DNA of 64,000 bases from NCBI GenBank assembly GCA_013239625.1, contig MU056000.1, positions 13,913,787-13,977,786 of the forward strand. The letters are read 5' to 3'. Below the pieces are notes generated by a model. That model was not told where the DNA came from, made no database searches, and saw nothing but the letters and a program-made list of their open reading frames with translations. A program made the position numbers and the translations under genes. Positions 38,286-50,262 of this stretch are shown in pieces (position 1 is the stretch's first letter; each line of letters opens with the position of its first letter). The stretch comes from Lama guanicoe (lineage: Eukaryota).

Positions 38286-40824
38286 CATAAATTAAAACAT
38301 GGCCTAAATGGGAAAAAAACATTTTTAAAAACTGCAATTTATATTAAAATTTAGAAAATTCAAATCAAACAAACAATGTAGAAAACATCTTAAAACTTTC
38401 CCATGGAGAAGAGTAAAGGAAAAAAACACGGTAGAGAGTAAGAGAGAAAAGCTGATGCAGGAGATAGATTTCAGCATTTAACAAATGGTAACAGAGTTGT
38501 TAAAGTGATGAAATATAACACACACAAGGTTCAAAGATAGAAAGGGGGAGGAGGAAAAGGCAGATGAGGATAGGTGAAGGAGGAAACTTTCTAGCTGGAA
38601 AATAATGAGCTTTCAGGTCAAAAATGCTCTCAGTTAAGAGTGAGAATCATAATAAAAGGAAATAGCATTGAAAGGCATTGATGTAAGTTTTTTTTTTTCC
38701 AATTGCAAGGTTAATTTTGGCATATTTATACCCCTCTGCCCCAAGAAACAAGTGTGGTCTCACAAGATAAACTTAGAGGAATTATGGTTTTCACTGATAT
38801 TTCTAACTTAAGGGCAATAAATGCAAAATTTGAATCCCTTAGGCAATTAGAGATTGATGCAATTGAAGGATGGCTTTTGTGGTGAGTCCCAGAGGCCATC
38901 CCCAAGCAGGCAGAGACAATTTAGAAGTGGTAATCTCCTCTCTGCAGCTAAATGTACACAGGGAACAGGTCCCGTAGACTGGAGGGTCAGAGTGCCTGGA
39001 CGCCCAGGCGTGCGGCAGATGGATCACTGACCGCCTGTCTGCTGCCACGTTCCCCTCTGCTAGTTTTGCAATAATGGTGATTAAACCATCAGCAGACTAA
39101 GGGGTTCAGCCATCATTTGTGAAAATCCTAGTTTCACTTACCAGTATAAGAAAAGTGAGACAATCAATAAACTATTCTTATTAGATGACCTAGGTGTGCA
39201 TTTGTAATTAAAAATATCTAAAACTCAAAATATTCAAAAACAGAGCTATGCAGGCAGAAAAAAAATTGGTATGATGTGTTTTAAAGATACTTGAGGACAG
39301 AATCATGAAAACTACCTGTTGGGCTGGAGTCTTGGATTCTAGAACCAAATCGAAACATATCTCAGCTAAATGCCTTGCACGTTTAATGTCTTAATAGAAA
39401 GGGAAGAAGTCAGATTACGCATTCTGGAATCCTGTAACTAAATATTACTAATCAATTTTCACATTTTATTTTGTTTGTTTTTCTGAGTCAACCTTTGAAC
39501 CAAATTACCAGTCTCTACCTAATTAAATCTTCCTCTTTTGTCTTTCACCCTTTAGTGATTCAATTGATGCTCAAATCATTTTATATACGAAATCTCTCTA
39601 CCTTTGATGATGAATTATTCTATAATCAGGGGTCAATTTTTTCCAGTCATTTCATAATGAATTAAAGAAAAATACTTAGTTTTGAACTAACAGTATAACA
39701 TGTTTAGTTTTAATGCTCCAAATCTTCTCACCTGTTCTTCATGATAAATTAAATTTTGTACATAGAGGGATTTTTTTCCACTTAAATTAGGAAAAAATAT
39801 CAGTATTTATTATATGTAATGAAAAGATTTGCCTTATTTTAGTGACCCTAGTTATGCATTTTTGATGTGATTGCATATTTTACTTACTCTTCCTGCAAGG
39901 ATAGCTTAATGGCAGAAGCTAAATAAAGAATTCACAGTGAATTACTTCTTATCCCCACCCCGGAATATTTCCTTAATCTATACTTTTTTTTTCAAGAGTT
40001 TTCAATTAAGGTAGGAAGCAACAGCCCACGACATGGAAATCTATAAACCACTTGTTCTGACCTACACATTAAAAAATCCATATAATAAATACTAATACTA
40101 AATCAGTTTCTTAGAAGTCTGTGGGCAACCATATAGAAAAACTCTTGCTTAGAAATATGTTTGTAATTGTAAAACAAACAAGTCTTCCAACTAAGATTAA
40201 TTCAAAATTAACACTGACAAATATGTAAACTTCTTTTATTTTACCCCTGTAGTAAATGCTTTCTAAGTCAATGTGGGAAGAATGAATAAATGAAGTAAAT
40301 ATTTTCCACACAATATTATAGGAATCAAGTTACCAGAATATATCTCAGGACTCAAAAAAAAATATTTCAACGGAATTGCTTGTCAAAGACATTTTTCTAT
40401 AGCTAGTTGTATACATAGTTCTGAAAAAATATTTAAAAATATCAAGACAGAAAATGGAAAGACCTGGCCGTCCGTCATCAGCATAACTACTTAGAAGTCA
40501 GCACACTCCAGCAGAACGTCAACACAAGAATTTAAGTTCTGTCAAAAAGAAGTGAAGGGAGAAAAGAAAACTTTAACTAGAGAGAGGATTTTATCCAAAA
40601 GACTCCCCAAAGTGGACATTCTATGTGAGTCTCATCAAAATTATAAAACTTCTCCCTGCTTCCTTTATTCCTTTAACACACTTAGAAACTCAGCTAAAAG
40701 TATCAACCTGCATTTCTGTTTGTATTTAAAGGGACAGATGCCTATGATAAGCAAACATAATAAAAACAAGAATTATGGGTGGTCAAGGATTATTTTGTGA
40801 AAACTAGAAGTCGACTGAAAGAAC

Positions 40825-41060
40825 TTCAGAATCAGATGGGAACAGGACCAGTTCTCTGTCTTGCTCTTGTATTAGCTCTGTGAATTTACTTAACTTCTCA
40901 GAATGGCAGTTTCCTCATATAAAGAATGGAAAAATACCAGTAAGATAAAATTTTCTGAGGTTTGATTAACTTACATAATGTTTTTTGTAAGGTTATAAAA
41001 TTTATCAGGGATTAAGTAAACACTTAGAAAATCATAGCAATCAATGCAATTTATGTTGCT
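40825..41060 (+). mobile_element. MIR SINE
   Basis: 'tattagctctgtgaatttacttaacttctcag..cagtttcctcatataaagaatgg'. Confidence 0.65.
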
Positions 41061-41628
41061 ATTCACATTTTATATACTTTTTATGTAATAAAAGATATTA
41101 GCCTTTTATTTACCAGTAACATCATTACTTACATTTCATCTTTTAACATTCTTATTCTATTCATATGTTGGTGAAAGCAAATAATTAGAATATAATTTTC
41201 TTTAGAAGTTATATTTTATGGATAATTTTATGTTATTAGCAGTATCTATTAAATTTATTACTGCTTTATGATAGACCCAGTGCTATGACAGAAATCTGTG
41301 GGAGAAATTTGTGGGAGTAGGGAGATTTGGCTCAGAGTGAAAGTTGGAAAAAATTTAGGGAGGGCTTTCAAGGAAATCACCAGTTAGAAGTGCCTCAGAG
41401 ATCAATTTTGATGGAAAAGTAGACATCAGTCCGATAAACAAAAAAATGGTGGAAGAAATAAGACAGTACTACTGCTGTTTTACAGAGACGTGCAGGTGTC
41501 ATATATTTTTTAGGAAATATTGGAGCAAAAGAGTTTACGTAGGGATGAGAAAGATGATCCTTGAAAGGCAAAACGAGAAACAGATCACAAAACATTCTAA
41601 TATGTGTTGTAAAAAAAGTATGGCTCTT

Positions 41629-41842
41629 TTTAAATCTATTTTTATATATAGTGGTTAACATTTGTAAATCTCAAGCTCCCACATTTATTCCTTCCTACCC
41701 TCTTTCCCTGGTAACCATAGATTGTTTACTAAGTTTGGAAAAAATATGAAAATAAATACATGTATGTAATGCATGGCTGGGACATTGCGCTGTACACTAG
41801 AAATTGACACATTGTAATTGACTATCCTTCAGTTAAAAAAAA
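41629..41842 (+). mobile_element. Short 5'-inverted (twin-primed) L1 3'UTR insertion
   Basis: Antisense L1 3'UTR at 41629-41734 joined to a sense L1 3' end plus A-tail at 41737-41842. Imperfect TSD aaaaaaa(gt)atggctYtt. Confidence 0.8.
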
Positions 41843-42173
41843 TGGCTTTTATTCTGAAGGTGTTGTGGAGGATGAAGACTGATGTTCATAAAGCAAAAAT
41901 TGAAAAGACTGGATTCTGATTTTTTGAAATACCAGTCTGGAGGAGGTGGTGAGTATGGGTTAAAAATTCTGAGACCACAGGGAGCAAAAGCATTCAGGAG
42001 GACCATGAAAACATGACGGTATGTGAGCTAAGGGGGTATCAGAAATGGCAAAAGTGGGCAAATGATGTCTATAATAAAGATTGAAATTAAATGTTTCTTT
42101 TTTTTAAGTTTGGATAAAAGGATGTGTTTCTTTACAAGGAGAGTTACTAGACATCAACTTGGCTTCACAACTT

Positions 42174-43296
42174 TGAACACCGGAATTTTGAATGACCTAG
42201 ATTTGGCTCATAAGGGGAAACCAAACTACTTTTACTCCTACTTTTCCATCTGCTTTGTGGTCTAATCCCTTTTTATGCTCCTGGATGAAACCTCAGACAA
42301 GCCCTATAGCTTTTCAGGCTCTCCATATAATATGCAATATAAATAGTTCCTTGCTTAGGCATAAAAATCCCAGAGAGGTTATTCATTACATAAGCACCAT
42401 CTGGTCCAGAACAGCATCCCCCAAGCTTGGATCTGCACAAGTCCTGTAGGCCACCAGGGGGACATGAACTAGTTGGTTTCTCTGCGTTATATCATTTCCC
42501 CTCTACTCCCTTCTTAGCTGCTATTTAAAACCCTTCCAGAACCTGACCCAGAGGAAGGGGAGGATGTGCTAAAATCAACGCAATCACCCATGACAGAGTT
42601 GGCTGTAATCTTGGGTTGGTGTCCTCTCCACCACTGATGTGACCTTGCTGGCTCTTCCTCAGGGACCATTTTTGTGGACCTGCAACAGCAGTCCCCTTGA
42701 CATAGACAATGTCCAAAACTTCTCCAGTGTGTTATCGAGCACATCTTCTCATTTGGGTCAAAGGAACCTAACACTTCTGTCACGAGGGTTGTTTTAAACT
42801 TTCAGGAAGTACTCTTGAGCAGAATCCCCAAGGATTTTTGCTGTCGATAGAGCACATTTATCTTGCTAGAAAGAAAGGCGTGGCTTTCTCTCTCTGCCAC
42901 CTTAGCCTACACCTGTGGAACCTCCCCTGCTGGCCCTGGGATCTTTAAGCCCAGGTGACTATTGCTGGGCTTACCTTAGAACCTCCTTTACCTGGCTTAA
43001 GGTGAATCGAAGCGTCCCATGCCTTTGCCCAGGAAGGGACCGGAGGATGTGGTTCCTCTATTAAGGTCCTATCTTACACATTTCCAACCACGGCCTGTCT
43101 TAGAGGAGGCACGTATGTGACTGTTTAATGTTCCCCAAACAACACTTGAGTCATTCCCTTTGGAATTAAGGATAATACCTCCTACTTCTCTTCTGAGGGA
43201 GATGAAACGCACTATTGTTTTTCCCTCAGCCTTTGTTTAGAAGCCTCTGTGGAAATGTTGAGACAATAGGATGGAGCTCACGTGCAATGTGTTACA
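42174..43296 (-). mobile_element. Old long LTR (LTR78-like)
   Basis: Minus-strand TGTAAC start at 43296 and ...TTCA end at 42174, enclosing a GC-richer 1.1-kb block. Family name from recall. Confidence 0.5.
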
Positions 43297-43532
43297 GAGG
43301 CCTTTAAAAATAGAATGTGTGTATTTTAATCCTGGTTTTGATTCCTATGAATTTTCTTTGGAGGAAGGGGAGGCATAAATGGGACAAGGAAAAAAAAGTT
43401 ACAAAACATCTAAAATATTCTTGTTTTTTTTTTCTCTTATATGGTGTAGCTTAAAAAAATCCTGCCAATGTTCTATGTATTAGAAAATACTTTATGATAT
43501 GTAAATGTCATGTGCATATATGAAATCAATTA

Positions 43533-43962
43533 CAGGCATACCTCATTTTATCCTGCTTTGCTTTTTTGTGCTTCACAGATGTTGAAGGTTTGTGGTAACC
43601 CTGCGGAGAGCGAGTCTACTGGCCTATTTTTTCAACAGCATTTGCTCGCCCTGTGTCCCTGTGTCATATTTAGTAATTCTCACAGTATTTTAAACTTTGA
43701 TCCATGACCTTTAATGTTACTACTAGGACTCACTGAAGGCTCAGATGATGGTAGGCATTTTTTAGCAAGAAAATGATTTTTAATTAAGATACGTACATTG
43801 TTTTCGGGACATAATGCTATTTCACACTTAATCAACTACAGTTTACTGGAAACATAACTTAAACTCACTGGGAAACTGAAAAATCTTGACTCACTTGGTG
43901 GTGATATTTGCTTTATTGCAGTTGTCTGAAACTGAACCCGCAAGGTTGCTGAGGTATGTCTG
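43533..43962. mobile_element. Tigger1-derived non-autonomous DNA transposon (430 bp)
   Basis: TIRs CAGGCATACCTC / GAGGTATGTCTG with TA on both sides. Confidence 0.9.
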
Positions 43963-44057
43963 TAAGTGTACATATGCGTGTGTAAATATATGTGACTGTA
44001 TGTGTATATGTGTGTAGGTTTCAATGTATTAGTAGTATACATTAAACCATTACATTA

Positions 44058-44123
44058 TATATTTTACACTTTTAATGAACACTAATTAGAATACTAATGT
44101 ATTCATTAAAAGTGTAAAATATA
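44058..44123. repeat. Perfect 22-bp inverted repeat with 22-nt spacer
   Basis: tatattttacacttttaatgaa (44058-44079) is the exact reverse complement of 44102-44123. Confidence 0.95.
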
Positions 44124-45482
44124 AGACATTACTTATTTTAATTGTATGTATTAAAAGTGTAAGTGTAATACACACACACACCCTTGCAGGTATTTTTATG
44201 TACCATATAGTCATATGTATATACTTCACACACACTCCATGTCCTTATGTCTCACACTCGATCCATGAAGGCAATAAGATATAAATATCTACTTAAGAAG
44301 AATTCCATATAGTGTTCCAAAATTAGTCACTATATTTTATAACTATGTGAATTTGTATATTATGAATATTAAAGTTGCTGCATAAGGGAATATATATGTT
44401 TCTAAATGAAAGAGTTTTTGTAAATTATGCCTTTCTTAAAATTAATTTTGTTTAATGTTTATGGAGTACACTATTTTATCCATTAATATATTTGGTAACA
44501 TTTAATTTCTGTTGTTATATTTAAGTTAACACTTCCTTAAATATTTAGTAAACTAACTTAACTCTCTATATAGTATCTACATGAAGGCAATGGCAATTGG
44601 ATGTATCATGTTAATTAAGTACCACATTAGATATTTCCTTTCAGATTGTCCTGCCACATATTTGATACAAACCTTTTAAACTGCAGGGAAAAGTGACAAC
44701 AAACCCCAGAGCTACACTCTGTGATTGAGAGAATCAGTTATCCCGGTGTCACCGGAAGCAAAATCAATTCATGTGTTCTGTCATCCTTAGAAAGTACTCT
44801 CAAACATGCTGTCAGCAATAAATTTTACAGGATTTCCCCAAAGTCAATTGCTCCTTCTATTTGGGATTACGATGAAGGCAAATTGATTCTTCCCATACAC
44901 AGAAGCAGCACAAGAGAAGAGATACTTTTAGTCTACTCATTTCTGTCTCTCTCTCTCTTTTTTATTTTACTGACAGATTTCTCCTGGCTCACTAATGTAA
45001 GATCCTTAGTAATTGAAATTCTGGCTGTGAAATATATTCAGGCATAACCAACAGGAATGCAATTTCCCTTAGAGTTACCTTCATGCAAGTAGGCAGGAAA
45101 TTTATTTTTCAGTAACTTATTTCTGAGCACGTTAAAAAAAAATGAGGCAACTCTCTCCAACATTTTAACTGGAATTATTACCAGGATATCATATTCAATT
45201 TTTATTTGCTATATCTCCCATATTCTAGTGAAAAAAAATATTTCTGTCTTTTTCTCTTTAATTGAATGGAAAAACTTCAAAATCAGCATTTAAAATCTTT
45301 TAATAGACTTTTAAAAATATATATTATAAAACAGAAAAGCAACGTTAAAATTGAACTAAGGCCACTTACAAACAAGAAAACAACTGTAAGTAGATTACAC
45401 TGCCATTTAAACAAGTTCTAATGAGGCTGACTATTGAGAAATTATGGATATAGGAACATATTTTCTTCTTCCTTTTGGGCCA

Positions 45483-45814
45483 CAGAGATATGCAGATGAA
45501 TTTAAGGGAATTATTTCAACTGAATTAACATTCTCTAAAGATATATGAATATATAAATTGTCACGTTGGAGTGATCAAACATTACCAAAGAAGAAAAGAA
45601 ATGAGAAATAGAACAAATAACAGAAACTGATGGTGTATGAGCAGAGATATGCAGATGAATTTAAGGGAATTATTTCAACTGAATTAATATTCTCTAAAGA
45701 TATATGAATATATAAATTGGAGTGATCAGGTTGATCAGGTTGGAGTGATCAAACATTATCAAAGAAGAAAAGAAATGAGAAATAGAACAAATAACAGAAA
45801 CTGATGGTGTATGA
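45483..45814. repeat. Tandem duplication of a ~160-bp unit
   Basis: Copy 1 is 45483-45640 and copy 2 is 45642-45814. They are near-identical apart from a few substitutions and ~15 extra nt in copy 2. Confidence 0.95.
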
Positions 45815-45984
45815 CAGAAAACACTGAATTTCTGCTGACATATATGTACATGCATGCCTACCATGCCTTTGACATCTGTACAGAGAATAACAAATGGAAC
45901 TGCCTTCTGTACAGTATTATAGAGGACCTAGTGCTAGGTCAGGTTGTAAGCAGAAGACTCACATCTAAACTGGAGGCTGATGCC

Positions 45985-48900
45985 GGAGCGACATCAGCAA
46001 CATGGTTGATGAGACACCCCTCATAGTTAGTATCCCTCCTCAGCACCAACAGTTTGGCATCCATCCTTGGACGAAGACGCCTTGGTGGTAACGATGGGAT
46101 CCAGCGCCATATGCCAAGGGATCTGGGAGGAGTTTGGCCTACCTGAGCCTTGGGTAATAGGCACACAAAGCTCAGTCACAGCTATGGACCCTGAAGTGGC
46201 CAAAGAACTGGCTCCAGCCCCTCTCAGCCACTGTCTGGGAGCCTCCGGAGAATAGTCTCTTGGATAATCACCCATGGCTGAGAATCTACGTGGAAGTTCC
46301 GGTTTGCAGCACATTAGTTCCAGTACATCACTGGAACAAAAACATGAGTTTGGACACATTGGAGAGGACAGAGGAGCTGTTTGACTTTACCTGGGTCACC
46401 CTCCCCCGGGACGGCACAGCTTAGTGTTAAGGGAGACCTTCTCGACCTGTGATTTACCCTTGGGGAAAAGTGGGAGCATGTGAGTGAGTGCCTGGCCACC
46501 CCAGTTGTGTGGGACACTGTCAAAGAGACTCAGATACCTCTCCCTCCACTCAGAATACTGAGACTTGAATTGCACGAATAGGGGAGGGAAGAGCAGCAGA
46601 GAGGACTGTCAGAGAGCATTAAAGGGACAGGATTCTACTTAATGCATCACAGGCTTCATCAAGAAGCCAGCCCATGAGCCACTGGGCATGTTTGTCTGCA
46701 GATTCCATCAAATGGCCCATAGGCACCCCCAGCACTACACATCTCACCCCCCTCCCACCCCTACAGTGTGGCTGACTCTCTGTGCACACCCATGAAAGTG
46801 TCAAGAGTGAGCATTGGCAGATGACTGGTGACCACCTGCATAAAGCTTGCCTAAATACATTGGTCAGGAAGTGACCACAGAGTTGAGCTTTAGGGCACTC
46901 TTGAGAAAGAAAAAAGAGGCTGTCAGATTTTTGGCCAGATGTGTTGCATGATAAGAGAAGGCATACAAATTAAAGAATTTTGCCACAAGGGGGAGCAAGA
47001 AGCCTGAAGCAAGTCTGAGAAAGCCTCGGAATCCGGACCCCCCGCCAGGGTTGACAGAAGGTATGTCTTTCCCGGAGTCAATCAGCAAAGACTGGAGGGG
47101 TTAATCACTACTGCAAATGCAAAGGCAGCACCTCAAGGTTTCAAGAAATAGGAGAAATCAAGGAAACAAGGACACCACCAAAGGATCACAGTTTTCTTCC
47201 AATACGTCACCCCAAAAACATGAACAGCTGCAATTTACCCAATAAAGAATTCAAAATCGCTGTTTTAAAGACATTAAATTAGCTTCAAGAAAATATAGGC
47301 AATTCAGTAAAATCTGGAAAACAGTCCATGAACAAAATTAGAAGTTTAGCCAAGAACTAGAAATCACAAAAAAGAAAGAAATTCTGGTGCTAGTAAAGAA
47401 CATAATAAAATGAAAAATGCAATAGAGAAAATCAACAGCAGAATGGATCAAGAAGAGTTTAAAAATCTGTGAATTAGAGGACAAGAGCTTTGAAATTATC
47501 AAGTAATTGGAGAACAAAGAAATAATGAAAGAGGAAAGAAAGCTTATGGGATGTATCGAATAACCTCAAAGAAACAATCATCAAAATGTTGGAGAAAGGG
47601 AGAACGGGTTGGAAAACTTATTTAAAGAAATAATGGCTGAGAACTCTCAAATACATAGAGATTTGGATAATGGAATTCATGAAGGTCATAGGTAACAAAA
47701 AATGTAAGTTGAAGAGATTTGCTTCAAGACACACTATAATAAAACTGTCAAAAATCAAACATAAAGAGAGATTTAAAGAAAAAGAAGCTTGTAACTTAAC
47801 AGGAAAACAGTATTAGCAGATTCTCAGGAGATTCTTACAGGCCAGGAAAGACTGAGGTGATATATTCAAATTGCTGAAAGAAAAAAGCTGCCAAGTGAAA
47901 AATACTCTACCTTGCAAAGCTGTCCTTCACAAATAAAGGGGACTTAAGGCCTTTCTTAGCAAAGAAAAAGCTGAGGAAATTCACCAACAAAACTGCCTTA
48001 CAAGAAATGATAGGTCACAGCTAACATCATGATGAAAGGCTGAATGCTGTGCCTGTAAGATCAGGAACAAGACAAGAATACTCACTCTCACCACTTTTAT
48101 TACACTTAGTACTAAAAGTCCTACTCAGAACAAACAGGCAAGAAAAAAATAAATAAATAAAATGCATCCAACTTGATAAAAATTAAGTAAAATTGTGTTT
48201 GCTTCCAGATGATATGATCTTGCAAATGGAAAATCCTAAAGACTTCACTAAAAAACTATTAGGACTAATGAACAAATTCAGTAAAATGATAGGATATAAA
48301 GTCAGCACACAGAAATCAGTTGCATTTCTATACACTAACAATAAAATATCTGAAAAAGAAAGAAAGAAAGCAATCCCACTCACAATAGATCAAAAACACA
48401 AAACACTTGGGAGTAAATTTAACCAAGGAGGTGAAAAATCTTTAAAAGGAAAAGTATAAAACATGAATGAAAGAACTGAAGAAGACACAAATAAATGAAA
48501 AGATATTCAGGGCTCATGTGCTGAAAGAATTAATATTTTTAAAATAAAGATTCAATGAAATGTCTATCAAATTCTCAATGTCATCTATCACAGATACAGG
48601 AAAAACACTCATAACATTCATATGGAATTACCAAACCAATCCTGAACAAAGATGAAGGCAATATACTTCTTCATAAAACTTTATTACAAAATTATAGTAA
48701 TCAAAACAGTATGGTGCTGATATAGACATAGATGTATAGCCCAAGAAACAGAATCAAGATCCCCCAAAATAAACTCTTGCACCAAACGTAAACTAATATT
48801 TGACAAGAGAGCCAAGAATTCTCAATGGGGAAAGGATAATCTCTTCAATAAATCGTACTGTGGAAACTGTATAATTGTATGCAGAATGATGAAATAGTAC

Positions 48901-50218
48901 TTTTATCTTCCACCATTCATATAAATTAAATCAAAATGGATTAATGACTTAAACATAAAACCTGAAACCATAAAACTTCTAGAAGAAAACAGAGGAAAAA
49001 CTCCTAGACATTGATCTTGGCAGTGATGGTTAGGGTAAGACACGAACAGCACAAGAAACAAAAGCAAAAATTAATGAGGGATTACATCAACTAAGAAAGC
49101 TTCTGCATAGCAAAAGAAACATTCAACAAAAAGAAAAAGCAACCTACAGAATGGGAGAAAATATTTGCAAAGCAAATATCTTATATAGAGTTAGTATTTA
49201 AAATATTAAAGAATTCATGCAATTCAATTGCAAAAAGACAAACAATCCTAAACAAAATGTCTAGAGGAACTGAATAGGCATTTTTCTAAAGAAGACATAG
49301 AAATGGTCATCAGGTACATGAAGAGATGCTCAACATCACTAATCATCAAAAATGCAAATTAAGACCACAATGACATATCACTTTGCAACTGTTACAATGG
49401 CTGTCATCAAAAAGATAAGAGATGTCAAGTACTGGTGAGGGTGTGGAGAAAACAGAACTCTTATGCAATGCTGGTGGGAATATACAATCACTGTGAAACA
49501 GTATTCGAAATATTACTCAAAAAATTACAAATAGAACCACCACATGATCCAGCAATTTCACTTCTGGGTATACATGCAAATTAAATGAAATCAGAATCTC
49601 AAAAACATGTTCAGTACAGTATTATTCACAATAGCCAAGATGAACAACCTAAGTGTCCATCTACAGATGAATGATTAAAGACGATGTGGTACACACATAC
49701 ACACACACACTGGAGTATTATTCAGCCATGAAAAAGAAGGAAATCCTGACATTTTTGACAATATAGACAAAACTTAGGAAGGTAATGTTATGTTAAGTGA
49801 AACAAATCAGACAGAGAAGGCAAATAACCTATGATATCACATGCTTGAGAAACCTAAGAACGCCAACACATAGAAACAGAGAGTAGATGTCAGAAGATGG
49901 AGGGTGGAGGAAATGGGGAGATGTCAATCAAAGGGTATACATTTCCAGCTGTAAGATTAACAAGTCTGGGGATCTTTTGTACGTCATGTTGACTGTAGTT
50001 AACAATACAGTATTCTGTACTTAATTATTGCTAAGAGAGTAGATCTTGAATGATCTCACCACAGAAAAGAAACAGTAATTAATTGAGATGATGGAAGTAC
50101 TAACTAACCCTACTGTGGTAATCATTTGTCAATATACAAGCATATTAAGTCATCATGACGTACAACTTAAACTTTACATGATGTTATGTGTCAATTATCT
50201 CAATAAAGCTAAAAAAAG
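45985..50218 (+). mobile_element. L1 (L1MA-type) with 5'UTR, ORF1, internal deletion, ORF2 3' half and 3'UTR; inactive
   Basis: 5' start 'ggagcgacatcagcaacatgg', GC-rich 5'UTR and ORF1-like sequence at ~47150-48010. RT motif PDDMILQMENPKDFTKKLL..FSK..GYK (48193-48459). AATAAA plus A-tail at ~50203-50217, with gatgcc at both flanks. Confidence 0.88.
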
Positions 50219-50236
50219 ATAGATGCCAATTTAGCC

Positions 50237-50262
50237 TGTGTGTGTGTGTGTGTGTGTGTGTG
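50237..50262. repeat. (TG)13 microsatellite
   Basis: Direct reading. Confidence 0.95.

Noticed and set aside
45939..47088. Cluster of GC-rich ORFs as a processed pseudogene or gene
   Set aside because: Explained as the 5'UTR of the L1 starting at ~45985.
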